From the NCBI GenBank assembly GCA_964549305.1, contig CAZJVM010000037.1, forward strand, positions 1-25,842: a DNA stretch of 25,842 bases, read 5' to 3'. Positions 1 through 9,236 of the stretch are shown here, piece after piece. The stretch is from an uncultured bacterium. GTDB lineage: Bacteria > Schekmanbacteria > GWA2-38-11 > J061. Within the stretch, counting starts at the first letter, position 1. Each line of letters opens with the position of its first letter. Below the pieces are notes generated by a model. It was not told the DNA's origin. It did not search any database and saw nothing but the letters and a program-made list of their open reading frames with translations. The translations under genes and the position numbers were made by a program.

Positions 1-73
1 CGACATCAGGATTTATCTGCCTCATACACTCGGCAACTGCCTGATTTCCTGTCATCGATTCGCGTTTTGGCAT
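1..73 (-). CDS. porA: Pyruvate/2-oxoacid:ferredoxin oxidoreductase alpha subunit, N-terminus only (continues past the left edge)
   Basis: My translation from the ATG at 73 gives MPKRESMTGNQAVAECMRQINPDV, matching the PorA N-terminal pattern (GNxAxA...xxxxDV). A GGGAG RBS lies at about 81-85. It follows porC-porD in the usual gamma-delta-alpha-beta order. Not in the ORF track. Confidence 0.85.
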   Translation of the reverse strand, partial: MPKRESMTGNQAVAECMRQINPDV

Positions 74-94
74 TGTTATACTCCCGGTAAATAT

Positions 95-391
95 TTATTT
101 TTTGAATTTTACTTCTTCCACCATAGTTATTGCTTTGACTTTCGGAGGACATTCGTTTGCACAGACACCGCATCCCTTGCAAAATCTCAAATCAGCGCCT
201 TTAACCTTTTCGTCCTCGACGATTATGCAGGAGTCGGGACAGCATATCCAGCAGGTAAGGCAATGTATGCACTTATCAAAATCCCATATGGGCCTGTATG
301 TCCTCCATCCTCCTGTTTCATATTCCGCGGCATTGCCCGCTTCCTCAATCAATCCGCCGAGAGGAAGTTCTTCTTTGTTTTTTAAACTCAT
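95..391 (-). CDS. porD: 2-oxoacid:ferredoxin oxidoreductase delta subunit (2x[4Fe-4S])
   Basis: TGGWRTYRP motif plus CIHCLTCWICCP and CKGCGVCANECP; 4-nt overlap with porC. Confidence 0.93.
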   Translation of the reverse strand: MSLKNKEELPLGGLIEEAGNAAEYETGGWRTYRPIWDFDKCIHCLTCWICCPDSCIIVEDEKVKGADLRFCKGCGVCANECPPKVKAITMVEEVKFKK

Positions 392-960
392 ACCCCTTTT
401 ACCTCCGCATAAGCCCTGTCGACTGCTTTTATATTTGCTTCGACTACGCTTGGACCGAATTTTTTACCGAAACTCTTTTCAACTTCCATTTTGACATCTT
501 CAATCTTGATTATGTTTGTAACCTTTGCCACTACACCGAGAATAGGCGTATTGGGAATGGGCCTTCCTATTGTTTCGATGGAAATTTTAGTGGCATCGAC
601 TGTATATACGGTCTCCGATTTAAGGTTAAGTTTCTTTTTAATTTCTGCGGAGCTCATTTCGCTGTTCACTATGTATATTCCGTTTTCGGCAACGCCCTCT
701 GTAACATTGACGCTGTCTATCAGTGTCTGGTCTATGATTATAACTATGCTCGGGTTTGTTACCTGGCAGTGAATCAGAATAGGTTCACCGGAAACCCTGT
801 TGTATGCCTTGAGGGGGGCGCCCATTCTTTCGGGACCGTACTCAGGGAATGCCTGTACAAATTTCCCGCCTGCCGTGGCAGCATCGGCCAGAGCTTTTGC
901 GGCAGTAACCGCGCCTTGTCCCGCCCTTGCGTGCCAGCGTATTTCAATAAATTCGTTCAT
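388..960 (-). CDS. porC: 2-oxoacid:ferredoxin oxidoreductase gamma subunit
   Basis: EIRWHARAGQGAVTA, AFPEYGPERMGAP and GRPIPNT motifs; GGAGG RBS at about 967-971. Confidence 0.95.
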   Translation of the reverse strand: MNEFIEIRWHARAGQGAVTAAKALADAATAGGKFVQAFPEYGPERMGAPLKAYNRVSGEPILIHCQVTNPSIVIIIDQTLIDSVNVTEGVAENGIYIVNSEMSSAEIKKKLNLKSETVYTVDATKISIETIGRPIPNTPILGVVAKVTNIIKIEDVKMEVEKSFGKKFGPSVVEANIKAVDRAYAEVKGV

Positions 961-991
961 TAGTTACCTCCCTACACCCTTTATGACTATT

Positions 992-1591
992 TTACAATGA
1001 CCGTCTTCCCTCAAGCGCCCTCGAAATCGTTATTTCATCGGCATATTCAAGGTCGCCTCCCACCGGAAGTCCGTATGCTATTCGTGATACCTTAACTTCA
1101 AGAGATTTCAGAATCTTTGCAATATACATTGATGTCGTTTCGCCTTCGGAAGACAAATTTGTCGCTATTACAATCTCTTCAGGCGCAATTTTCTTTATTC
1201 TTTCAATTAATTCTTTTATTTTTAAATCTTCAGGGCCTATTCCGTCAAGTGGAGATATTGCCCCGCCAAGGACATGATAAAGTCCCCTGTATTTTCCCGT
1301 CTGCTCAATTGCAATTAAATCAGTGTAGTTTTCCACTACACAGATGACTTTTTTTGATCTCTTTTCACATCTGCAGATAACGCAGACTTCCTCTTCGGTG
1401 ATATTGAAACACTCTTTGCAGAACCTTATGTTGTCCCTGAGTTTTTTAATTGCGTCTGCCAGATTTTCCGCTTCCGCCCTTTCCATTTTCAAAATATACG
1501 AGGCAAGCCGGTTTGCGGTTTTTCTTCCTACACCGGGAAGCTTAGTTAAAGCTTCTATTAGTTTTTCAAGAGTGGGAGATGCATACTTCAT
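992..1591 (-). CDS. recR: Recombination mediator RecR
   Basis: LPGVGRKTA HhH motif, C4 zinc finger (CKEC...CVIC), Toprim motifs ICVVE, YHVLGG and EGETT, and RIAYGLPVGGDLEYAD; dnaX-ybaB-recR synteny. Confidence 0.98.
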   Translation of the reverse strand: MKYASPTLEKLIEALTKLPGVGRKTANRLASYILKMERAEAENLADAIKKLRDNIRFCKECFNITEEEVCVICRCEKRSKKVICVVENYTDLIAIEQTGKYRGLYHVLGGAISPLDGIGPEDLKIKELIERIKKIAPEEIVIATNLSSEGETTSMYIAKILKSLEVKVSRIAYGLPVGGDLEYADEITISRALEGRRSL

Positions 1592-1601
1592 GAAATCGCC
1601 G

Positions 1602-1916
1602 TTAAAAACCGGGAATGTTTAGACCCATGCCTCCGGTTACCTTCTTTAACTCTTCGTCCATCATCTCCTTGGATTTCCGAAGCGCTTCGTTTACTGCGGC
1701 AACGATTAAATCCTGCAACATCTCTTTTTCGTCGCTGTTTACCACTTCAGGGTCGATTTTAATGCTGACTACTTCCTGTTTGCCGTTTGCCGTAACGGTA
1801 ACCATACCGCCTCCCGATGATGCTTCGACTTCCTTGTCAGCCAATTCCTCCTGAATTTTCGCTATCTGCGTCTGCATCTTTTGAGCCTGCTTAACAATTT
1901 GATTGAAGTTTTTCAT
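1602..1916 (-). CDS. ybaB: YbaB/EbfC nucleoid-associated protein
   Basis: KQAQKMQ...SGGGMVTVTANG...LQDLIVAAVNEAL; lies between dnaX and recR. Confidence 0.96.
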   Translation of the reverse strand: MKNFNQIVKQAQKMQTQIAKIQEELADKEVEASSGGGMVTVTANGKQEVVSIKIDPEVVNSDEKEMLQDLIVAAVNEALRKSKEMMDEELKKVTGGMGLNIPGF

Positions 1917-1940
1917 AAAAGAATACCTCTCGTTTATTTG

Positions 1941-3611
1941 TCAGTTTTTAATGTTAACAATCCTTGAAGGAAATAAATCAAGGATTGTTTTTACGGCATC
2001 ATCATTCATTGCCGAATTCATTAATGATTCTCTGTCAGCAACTTTTACTCCAATATCTTCTCCATTGCACTCTTTTTCATTTTTTTCAACCTCTATTTTT
2101 AACTTTACATTCTTCCCAAAGGTTTTTTTTACGGCTTCATTCAATATGGAGAAGTGGTTTCCCATATTTACGGTGGTTAAAGTAAACTCATCGCCGAGAA
2201 TGATTCGAAGTACTTTGTCGTCATATACTTTTCTGCATCCGTTTGAAAAGATGCTGTTTAATATTATTGATTTTTTTTCAAGTATCGTTAAAAAATTTGT
2301 CCATTTGCCTGACATCGATTGCGCCGGGGGTTCCGTGTCGAATGAGCTTTCTTCGGTTATCTCCTGTATCCCCGTTTCCGGTGATGAATTATAGGAAGAA
2401 GGTGATTTTTGGGAAAAATTCCTTTTGTCCTCTCTGCTTTGGCGTGCAGGAGAAAAGTCTTTTTCGCTTTCATCTTTTTCAGAAGAAAGCTTCTTTATAA
2501 TATCGTCAAGAGGCATCGTCACTCTGCTTCTCATACATTTCAATAACGATACTTCAAGCACGATGAAGGGGTTATCCGCTCTTTTTATCTCTTTGCTGCA
2601 TTCATAGAATAGGTTAAAGAGCATAAGCCATTCGTCAAAACTCTTTTCACGGGCAAGATTTTCCTTTAAATCAGCGCCTTCCTGCGACAGGTTTCCGGTG
2701 TGTCCTCCCGATGAGATAACGATTATGTCCCTTATAAACTTGAGGAAGTATTCGCAGAAGGAGTTTATGTCGTATCCTCTTTCAGAAAGCTCTGCGGAAA
2801 GTTTTACAATCGATGAGGCATCGTTATCAATAATTCCCTTTATTATCTCTGCAAGGAACACGGTATCTACTACGCCGAGGATGTCCTTTACCGTTTCAGC
2901 GGTTATTTTCCCTCTCTCGGAAAAGGATATAATGCTTTCAAAAACCGAGAGAGCGTCCCTTACGCTTCCCGAAGCCGAGCGCGCGAGTATGTTGACGGCT
3001 TCCTCTTCTATATCTATATTTTCTTCCGTGGCAATTTTTGAGAGGAATCGGACAACTGCATCATCTGAGAGTGTTTTAAAATCGTATCTCTGGCATCGTG
3101 AAAGAATCGTCGCGGGCAGTTTGTTCGGATCCGTTGTGGCAAGTATGAATTTTACGTGAGGGGGAGGTTCCTCGAGAGTCTTCAAAAGGGCGTTGAATGC
3201 TTCCGTGGTCAGCATATGAACTTCATCGATGATATAGACCTTGAAGCGCGACTGTACGGGAGCGAATTTCGCTTTTTCACGAAGTTCCCTCACTTCTCCG
3301 ATTCTGCGGTTTGATGCCCCGTCGATTTCAATTACGTCAAGAGACGAACCTGCGCTTATTGCTTTGCAGTTTTGGCATTTGTCGCAGGGTTCTTCCGTTG
3401 TCCTTTCCTCGCAGTTTAATGCCTTGGCGAGAATTCTCGCTGTAGTTGTTTTGCCTATTCCCCGCGTTCCCGTAAGCAGAAAAGCGTGGGCGATTCTTCC
3501 CGTTTTAAGGGCATTCTGAAGAGTTTTTGTTACGTGTTCCTGTCCGGTAACTTCGGAAAACTTCTGTGGTCTTTTTTTCCGGGCAAGGACAAGATAAGAT
3601 TCTTCGCTCAT
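1941..3611 (-). CDS. dnaX: DNA polymerase III subunit gamma/tau
   Basis: YLVLARKKRPQKF, Walker A GTRGIGKTT, Zn-binding cysteines, IIDEVHML, SRC motif. Start moved from 3689 to the ATG at 3611 (MSEESYLVLARK), which matches the family N-terminus. Confidence 0.97.
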   Translation of the reverse strand: MSEESYLVLARKKRPQKFSEVTGQEHVTKTLQNALKTGRIAHAFLLTGTRGIGKTTTARILAKALNCEERTTEEPCDKCQNCKAISAGSSLDVIEIDGASNRRIGEVRELREKAKFAPVQSRFKVYIIDEVHMLTTEAFNALLKTLEEPPPHVKFILATTDPNKLPATILSRCQRYDFKTLSDDAVVRFLSKIATEENIDIEEEAVNILARSASGSVRDALSVFESIISFSERGKITAETVKDILGVVDTVFLAEIIKGIIDNDASSIVKLSAELSERGYDINSFCEYFLKFIRDIIVISSGGHTGNLSQEGADLKENLAREKSFDEWLMLFNLFYECSKEIKRADNPFIVLEVSLLKCMRSRVTMPLDDIIKKLSSEKDESEKDFSPARQSREDKRNFSQKSPSSYNSSPETGIQEITEESSFDTEPPAQSMSGKWTNFLTILEKKSIILNSIFSNGCRKVYDDKVLRIILGDEFTLTTVNMGNHFSILNEAVKKTFGKNVKLKIEVEKNEKECNGEDIGVKVADRESLMNSAMNDDAVKTILDLFPSRIVNIKN

Positions 3612-3749
3612 TTCCTGAATCAACCGTATTAAAAGAAAAGTTACTAAGGGATTAGTAATAATGTTTTCACAGAGATGATGAAAAATCAAGAGGAAAAAAA
3701 ATGTATTTTTTTGAGGTAAAATTGCAATGCAGGGGGGCTGTAAAAGGGG

Positions 3750-4655
3750 TCATTCTTTTGAAGACTCCCTGACTTTCCGGGCAAGTTCTTTCATCGTTAT
3801 AAGCTCTCTTCCGCTGTTTTTTATCTCGTTAACGGCTCGTTCGAGAAGCTCCGTTTTAAATCCAATGTCGTAATCTATACGTTCGAGGCGACATATCTTC
3901 GAGGGGTCTAAATCCCCGGGGGTTATCAGGTCAGCGGGATGTATCAGATAGTAGAAATACTCCACATCCTTAAGACAGCTTTTAAGGAGTCTTTTGAACC
4001 GGTCCCAGCCGATAAAAAATGCTGTCGTATGCCAGCAGGCGATTCTGAATCTGTTTGAGGGCAGGGGCAGGGAGACTATCGAACCTGAATTCCCCCTGTA
4101 AAGATGGGCATCGCGACGGGCAAGAAGAGGGTAGTGAAGGTCCCTCCTGTTCAGAACATAAAAAAACCTTTTGTCGCCTATATGGTTTAAGAGCATTTTG
4201 AACAAGCTCGGATACATCAAAAGGGAGGGGAAAGTCGACGTGTCATATTCGTATCTGTTTTTTGCCAGAATTTCGAGGAGTTTCCTTGATGTTGACCATC
4301 CCGGAGAGATGAATCCCTTCGGTTCGTCTCCCGCGGATTCGCTTATGATGTCGTGCGCTTTCATTACTTCGTCGTTAAGTTGCCTGTTGTCAAGGGCGCC
4401 GAGGTTTAGTGGATGAGACCAGGAATGATTGCCAATTTCGTGTCCGCATTGAGCCCACTCTTTGACTCTCGCCCTGCTTTCGGGATTTTCGAGGTCTTTC
4501 CCGATTACATAAATGCTGTATTTGAAGTTGAGTCGTTCGGCAACTCCCAAAAACCTTTCCGCAACTTTGTCAAATGAAGGGTCTTTGTATCCTTCGGGGA
4601 AACCATATGCTTCACCCAATGAATCGAAATTAATGTTTATTGACGCATACTTCAT
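3750..4655 (-). CDS. Polysaccharide deacetylase (NodB/CE4-fold) family protein
   Basis: GHEIGNHSWSH metal-binding motif, GFISPGW, YDTS and YLIHPAD; overlaps the upstream formyltransferase by 26 nt. Confidence 0.85.
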   Translation of the reverse strand: MKYASININFDSLGEAYGFPEGYKDPSFDKVAERFLGVAERLNFKYSIYVIGKDLENPESRARVKEWAQCGHEIGNHSWSHPLNLGALDNRQLNDEVMKAHDIISESAGDEPKGFISPGWSTSRKLLEILAKNRYEYDTSTFPSLLMYPSLFKMLLNHIGDKRFFYVLNRRDLHYPLLARRDAHLYRGNSGSIVSLPLPSNRFRIACWHTTAFFIGWDRFKRLLKSCLKDVEYFYYLIHPADLITPGDLDPSKICRLERIDYDIGFKTELLERAVNEIKNSGRELITMKELARKVRESSKE

Positions 4656-5496
4656 CTATGATTTTCCTTGTATTTATTGAAGGAGAGTAAAAAATATCGG
4701 AAAATTCAGCCACATTGCAGGGGCTTTTTTGAAATTCTCTGAAATCTTTACGGGAAGGCAGACCGTAATAAGATGATTCAATAGTTTCGGGGGGAACAAG
4801 AAATTTTTCATCGATGAGATTGTTAACGGCAATGGGGATTAATTTCGGATAGAGGGCGAAAACATCAGCATAGAATCTCAACATCGAGAGTCCTGTCTTT
4901 TCCTTCGGGTAAGTTGTCTGCAGGAGAATCTTTCCCGTATCTATTCCGGTGTCAACCTGATGGAAAGTGAACCCTGTTGGCTCGTTTTTGATCTTTGCCC
5001 AAAAAAAAGGGAAAAGTCCTTTACACGCCGGAAGCAAGCCCGCGTGCTTGTTTATGATTCCTATATTGGCGGCATCGATAATCTCTTTTTTTAGAATATT
5101 CCCCAGCATTATGAGGATGATGTCTATTTCATTGTCCTTTGTCCATTTGACTACTTCTTCACAGTTCGGGGAAGAAGCGTATTTTAACTCTAAGTTGTAT
5201 TTTTTTGCCAACGCCTTCCAGCTTTTGACAGGGGACATGGACTGCTTGATGAGTGTCTTCAGGGCATAGACTCCCATTAGTATGCAATTCCATAATCCGA
5301 AAACTCTTAACCGCCACAGCGTAACACTGATGCCCTTCAAATTGGCAAGACGTTCAGGGAAAAGATAAATTCCCACTACATTGTGTTCGAGATTCAATTC
5401 GGGGATTGCTTTCTTAAAGGCGGGTAATGCCCAGACGCTGTCATTGCTGGAAAATATGGCAATTCGCCTGCGTTTCTTTGTGTCTTTATCTGTCAT
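4630..5496 (-). CDS. Formyltransferase-domain protein (N10-formyl-THF dependent, probably a sugar N-formyltransferase)
   Basis: IINKHAGLLP (N-x-H-x-x-LLP) and TGFTFHQVDTGIDTGKIL with the catalytic Asp; distinct from the true fmt at 9367-10299. Confidence 0.82.
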   Translation of the reverse strand: MTDKDTKKRRRIAIFSSNDSVWALPAFKKAIPELNLEHNVVGIYLFPERLANLKGISVTLWRLRVFGLWNCILMGVYALKTLIKQSMSPVKSWKALAKKYNLELKYASSPNCEEVVKWTKDNEIDIILIMLGNILKKEIIDAANIGIINKHAGLLPACKGLFPFFWAKIKNEPTGFTFHQVDTGIDTGKILLQTTYPKEKTGLSMLRFYADVFALYPKLIPIAVNNLIDEKFLVPPETIESSYYGLPSRKDFREFQKSPCNVAEFSDIFYSPSINTRKIIDEVCVNKH

Positions 5497-5594
5497 ATTT
5501 CTAACTGTTTTTTAAAGAACTTTCCCGAAAACCTCCTAATCATTCTCTTAAATGAGCAGTTTTCGACAAAGAACGCTGATGTATTAACTTTGTC

Positions 5595-6584
5595 TTATGT
5601 CCAGCGGAGGGCAATTCTAACTGCCTCGATCAAGCTCGATTCATCTGCCACTCCACTGCCCGCAATATCGAAAGCGGTACCGTGGTCAACTGATGTCCTC
5701 AATATGGGAAGCCCGAGAGAAATATTTACTCCGCTTCCGAAACAGTGAAGTTTAAGGGGTCCCATTCCCTGGTCGTGATACATTGCAACGACTGCGTCAA
5801 ATTCACCACGCACCGCTTTTGTAAAAATCGTGTCAGCGCTCAACGGTCCCACTGCTTTGATTCCTCTCTTTAACGCCTCTTCGATTGCGGGCATAATTTC
5901 CTTTTCCTCTTCGCTTCCAAATATTCCCCCGTCTCCGGCGTGAGGATTCAGCGAGCATACGCCTATTACGGGAGATTTTTTCTCATATTTTTTCAGGCTG
6001 TCAGCAATTATCTCAATAGTTCGCAGAAGTTTTTTCTTTTTGATTTGTTTTGAAACATCTTTTAGGGCAAGGTGCGTTGTCGCAAGGGCAACCCTGAGTT
6101 TTCCTCCCTGAAGCATCATTACCACATCGGGACTCGATGTGAGCTCTTTTAAAAGCTCGGTATGCCCCGGATAATGGTGTCCGGCGAGATTGAGTGATTT
6201 CTTGTTGATTGGCGCCGTTACCACTGCCGATGCAGTACCCCCGAGGCATAACCCGACTGCTTTCTTTATGTATCTGTATGCCGCATCGCCGTATTTTTCC
6301 TTCACGACTCCGGCAGTAACGAGTCCTCTCAGACCGTTTTTAATATCTAAAACAAAGAGAGTGCCTTTTGCGGGACTGAATGATGGAATTTCTTTTTCGC
6401 CAATGGGATAAATTTTCGTTCCCGAGTTTATTTTTTTTTCATAAAATTGCAGTACATTGGAATTGCCTATCACCACTGCGGGCAGACAAAGTTTTTTTGC
6501 CGCTTTCAGAATTATTTCGGGTCCCACTCCCGCGGGGTCTCCCATAGTGATTGCCAAAGGTTTTCTAAGTTTTTCCTTTTTCAT
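5595..6584 (-). CDS. pdxA: 4-hydroxythreonine-4-phosphate dehydrogenase
   Basis: ITMGDPAGVGPE, TAPINK, GHTE, LNPHAGD, AMYHDQG and RTSVDHGTAFDIAG motifs. Confidence 0.96.
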   Translation of the reverse strand: MKKEKLRKPLAITMGDPAGVGPEIILKAAKKLCLPAVVIGNSNVLQFYEKKINSGTKIYPIGEKEIPSFSPAKGTLFVLDIKNGLRGLVTAGVVKEKYGDAAYRYIKKAVGLCLGGTASAVVTAPINKKSLNLAGHHYPGHTELLKELTSSPDVVMMLQGGKLRVALATTHLALKDVSKQIKKKKLLRTIEIIADSLKKYEKKSPVIGVCSLNPHAGDGGIFGSEEEKEIMPAIEEALKRGIKAVGPLSADTIFTKAVRGEFDAVVAMYHDQGMGPLKLHCFGSGVNISLGLPILRTSVDHGTAFDIAGSGVADESSLIEAVRIALRWT

Positions 6585-6657
6585 CGCAAACTTTATATTG
6601 TCAATAATTGCTTATTTATCAAAATGTTAAATAATATGTAATAATTGTTGTTATAAT

Positions 6658-6686
6658 TTGCTTATTTTATATATCAATGTTATATT
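6658..6686 (+). promoter_or_regulatory. Putative sigma70 promoter for the GT-C gene
   Basis: TTGCTT (6658-6663), 17-nt spacer ending in TGT, then TATATT (6681-6686), i.e. an extended -10, 43 nt upstream of the ATG at 6730. The region is very AT-rich, so a chance match is possible. Confidence 0.4.
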
Positions 6687-6729
6687 TTTGCACTAAACTT
6701 TAAGTCTTTTACCGCCTTTCAGATTAATT

Positions 6730-8337
6730 ATGTATCACATAAAAGAAAAGAATATTTTTTTTATTATACTCCTATTGTCAATAATACTCCTTATCAATGT
6801 TTCAAGCTACTGGGTTTATACAAACGATGATGCCTATATCACATTCCGTTACTCGAGAAATCTGTCTTCGGGAATTGGACCTGTCTATAATGAAGGAGAA
6901 TATGTCGAAGGTTATACTAATTTTCTCTGGATGATTATTTTTTCGGGCTTTTTATATATCGTCCCTTCTCTTGACATCTCCTTTGCGGGGAAATTCCTTG
7001 GCACTTTTTGCTCGCTTATAACTCTTCTCTTAACTGTGTGTTTAAGCATTGAGATAAGGTCATCGATAGATGATAAAAAGGGTAACGGTGAAGAAGATGA
7101 AGGGTTTAGGGAGTTTTTACCTTTTCTTTCGCTCCTGCTTCTTGCGGCAAATCCCTGTTTCGCAATCAATGCCGTAAGCGGACTTGAAACGGCTTTTTTT
7201 ACAATGCTGGTTACAGCAGGCATATATCTTGACGTAAAACAGATTAAGTATGCGACGACGACCTCCCCGTCATCGATTTTTTTCGCGCTTTCCGCCCTTA
7301 CAAGACCCGAAGGCTTTCTGATTGCCTTTTCCTCATACCTTTTCAAGAATATAAATTTATTTCACGCCGGGAAAAAACAATTCGCAAAATCATTGTTGAA
7401 TGAAAGCATCATATATTCACTCGCATTTATTCCATTCTTCTTATTCAGAGTTTATTTCTACGGTGAAATCTTGCCCAATACATTTTACGCGAAGATTGGC
7501 GGATTCGGATCGGGTTTTTTCTATATCCTGAGATTTTTCAATGAATACGGTTTTTTTGTTTCCCTTGTGCTTCTCCTCATATCCTTCCTTTTTATCAGAA
7601 AATGTTCTTCCGCGTACTATCCCGCAATCGTAATGATTCTCTATTTTTCCGGAATTGTCATGTGGGGTTCGGACTGGATGGAAGGATATCGAATGATTAC
7701 GCCCCTTCTTCCCGTTGTGTTTATTCTCGTGCAGGAGGGAATAATAGGAATAAGCGATTATTTTATGAATGCGAAAAAAGAAGAAGCGAAATCCGGTAGC
7801 ATCCGCCAGGAATGGATTGTCATATCGTTGGTTTTTTTTATTTCACTTTTCAGCATTGCGCAAAGCGTTGAATCGCGCGCAAGAATTTTCACAAGGGCAT
7901 ACGGTTACCAAAAGGGGCACATCAAACTTGCCCGGTGGTTTGAATCAAAGGCGGGAGAAGGGGATACCATAGCATTGATGGATATCGGCATCATAGGATA
8001 TTTAAATCCCGATAAAAAGATACTCGATATCACCGGACTGACCGATGAGCACATTGCAAAATCTAAGGGACGGTTTCTGCACAAGGATTATGACCTGAAA
8101 TATATCTTTGACAAAAATCCGGAATACATTGTGCTGGTTTCAAAAAAACGCCTCGAAGTTTCAAATTCGGGAGTAACTCTCATGCCGCGGGATTTCTGGT
8201 CTTCAATCGAGCAGAAAATTTCCGCAGATGAATATTTCAGAAAAAATTATATTCTCACCGGTATTTTCGAACACAACTATCCTGACAAGGCAGTCGAATA
8301 TTATTTAAATCTCTTCGCGCGAAAAGACCTTTTATAA
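6730..8337 (+). CDS. GT-C fold polytopic membrane glycosyltransferase (AftB-like N-terminal loop)
   Basis: DDAYITFRYSRNL...GPVYNEGEYVEGYTNFLW loop after the first TM helix, SGLET and TRPEG motifs, many hydrophobic segments, and a soluble C-terminal domain with DIGIIGY...DITGLTD. Confidence 0.8.
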   Translation: MYHIKEKNIFFIILLLSIILLINVSSYWVYTNDDAYITFRYSRNLSSGIGPVYNEGEYVEGYTNFLWMIIFSGFLYIVPSLDISFAGKFLGTFCSLITLLLTVCLSIEIRSSIDDKKGNGEEDEGFREFLPFLSLLLLAANPCFAINAVSGLETAFFTMLVTAGIYLDVKQIKYATTTSPSSIFFALSALTRPEGFLIAFSSYLFKNINLFHAGKKQFAKSLLNESIIYSLAFIPFFLFRVYFYGEILPNTFYAKIGGFGSGFFYILRFFNEYGFFVSLVLLLISFLFIRKCSSAYYPAIVMILYFSGIVMWGSDWMEGYRMITPLLPVVFILVQEGIIGISDYFMNAKKEEAKSGSIRQEWIVISLVFFISLFSIAQSVESRARIFTRAYGYQKGHIKLARWFESKAGEGDTIALMDIGIIGYLNPDKKILDITGLTDEHIAKSKGRFLHKDYDLKYIFDKNPEYIVLVSKKRLEVSNSGVTLMPRDFWSSIEQKISADEYFRKNYILTGIFEHNYPDKAVEYYLNLFARKDLL

Positions 8338-8419
8338 TTTACTTATTTTCTTTAATTGCAAAAATCGCCCGATTATTTTATTTTCGCTATTGGGCTCAAT
8401 AAAGAAAAACATATAAAAA

Positions 8420-9211
8420 ATGGTCATTTCTTTAATTACTGATTTTGGAAACTCAGACTACTTTACGGGTGTTATAAAAGGAGTCATTCTTTCAATCTGT
8501 CCCCATGTCCCTATTGTCGACATTACCCACGATATTGAACCCTACAATATTGCTCAGTCAGGATTTGTCCTCTCAAACTCTTATCACTTTTTTCCGCGCG
8601 GGACGGTGCACCTTGCGGTAGTTGACCCGGGAGTGGGGTCGTCAAGAAAAATTCTCATCGTTAAGACTCAAGATTATTTTTTCGTTTTACCGGACAACGG
8701 AATCATAAGCTGGATAGAGAAAAGGGAGAAAAATATTTCGGTATTTGAGTTGGCGCAGACTGACATCTATACGGATTCTCCCAGTGCGACTTTCCATGGA
8801 AGAGACATAATGGCGCCTGTTTCTGCGAAGATTGCATCGGGGACAAAACCGGAAGATTTAGGCAGGATAACAGAAAATTTCGTAAAAACAGAGATTCCTC
8901 TCTCAAGGATAAAGGGAGATAAAATTGAAGGTGCAATAATTTACTGCGACCATTTTGGAAACCTTATAACTAACATCAGGAAAGAGGATTATGAAAAAAT
9001 ATCACAATCAAAGAAGAATTCAAAAATTCTGATAGAGGTTAATAAGATAGACATTAACGGTATATCCTCCTGCTATTCTGACGGTTCCGATTCAAATGTT
9101 AATGCGCTATGGGGAAGTCATGGCAACCTTGAGCTGTTTGTTAAAGAGAAAAATGCAAAAGAAATACACGGAATAAAAACAGGAACTGCAGTTGAAATAA
9201 TTTTCAGATAA
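8420..9211 (+). CDS. SAM hydroxide adenosyltransferase (DUF62; chlorinase/fluorinase superfamily)
   Basis: LITDFG, DITH, VVDPGVGSSR, PDNG, TFHGRD and DHFGN motifs. The Asp-Arg-His triad of the hydrolase branch appears to be present. Confidence 0.92.
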   Translation: MVISLITDFGNSDYFTGVIKGVILSICPHVPIVDITHDIEPYNIAQSGFVLSNSYHFFPRGTVHLAVVDPGVGSSRKILIVKTQDYFFVLPDNGIISWIEKREKNISVFELAQTDIYTDSPSATFHGRDIMAPVSAKIASGTKPEDLGRITENFVKTEIPLSRIKGDKIEGAIIYCDHFGNLITNIRKEDYEKISQSKKNSKILIEVNKIDINGISSCYSDGSDSNVNALWGSHGNLELFVKEKNAKEIHGIKTGTAVEIIFR

Positions 9212-9236
9212 AAAAACCTCCTGCCAATCCGTTTTT

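Noticed and set aside
2123-2278. A8 runs in dnaX (- strand) as a gamma/tau frameshift or slippage site
   Set aside because: They lie in the C-terminal region rather than after domain III, are not the A-AAA-AAG heptamer, and A-runs are common throughout this Lys-rich sequence.
3612-3749. SRP RNA (ffs), which often lies upstream of dnaX
   Set aside because: There is no CAGG...GGAA...AGCAG motif or GC-rich hairpin; the region is AT-rich and promoter-like.
8420-9211. Fluorinase or chlorinase activity
   Set aside because: The DPGVG...R and FHGRD residues fit the SAM-hydrolysing DUF62 branch, and there is no secondary-metabolite context.
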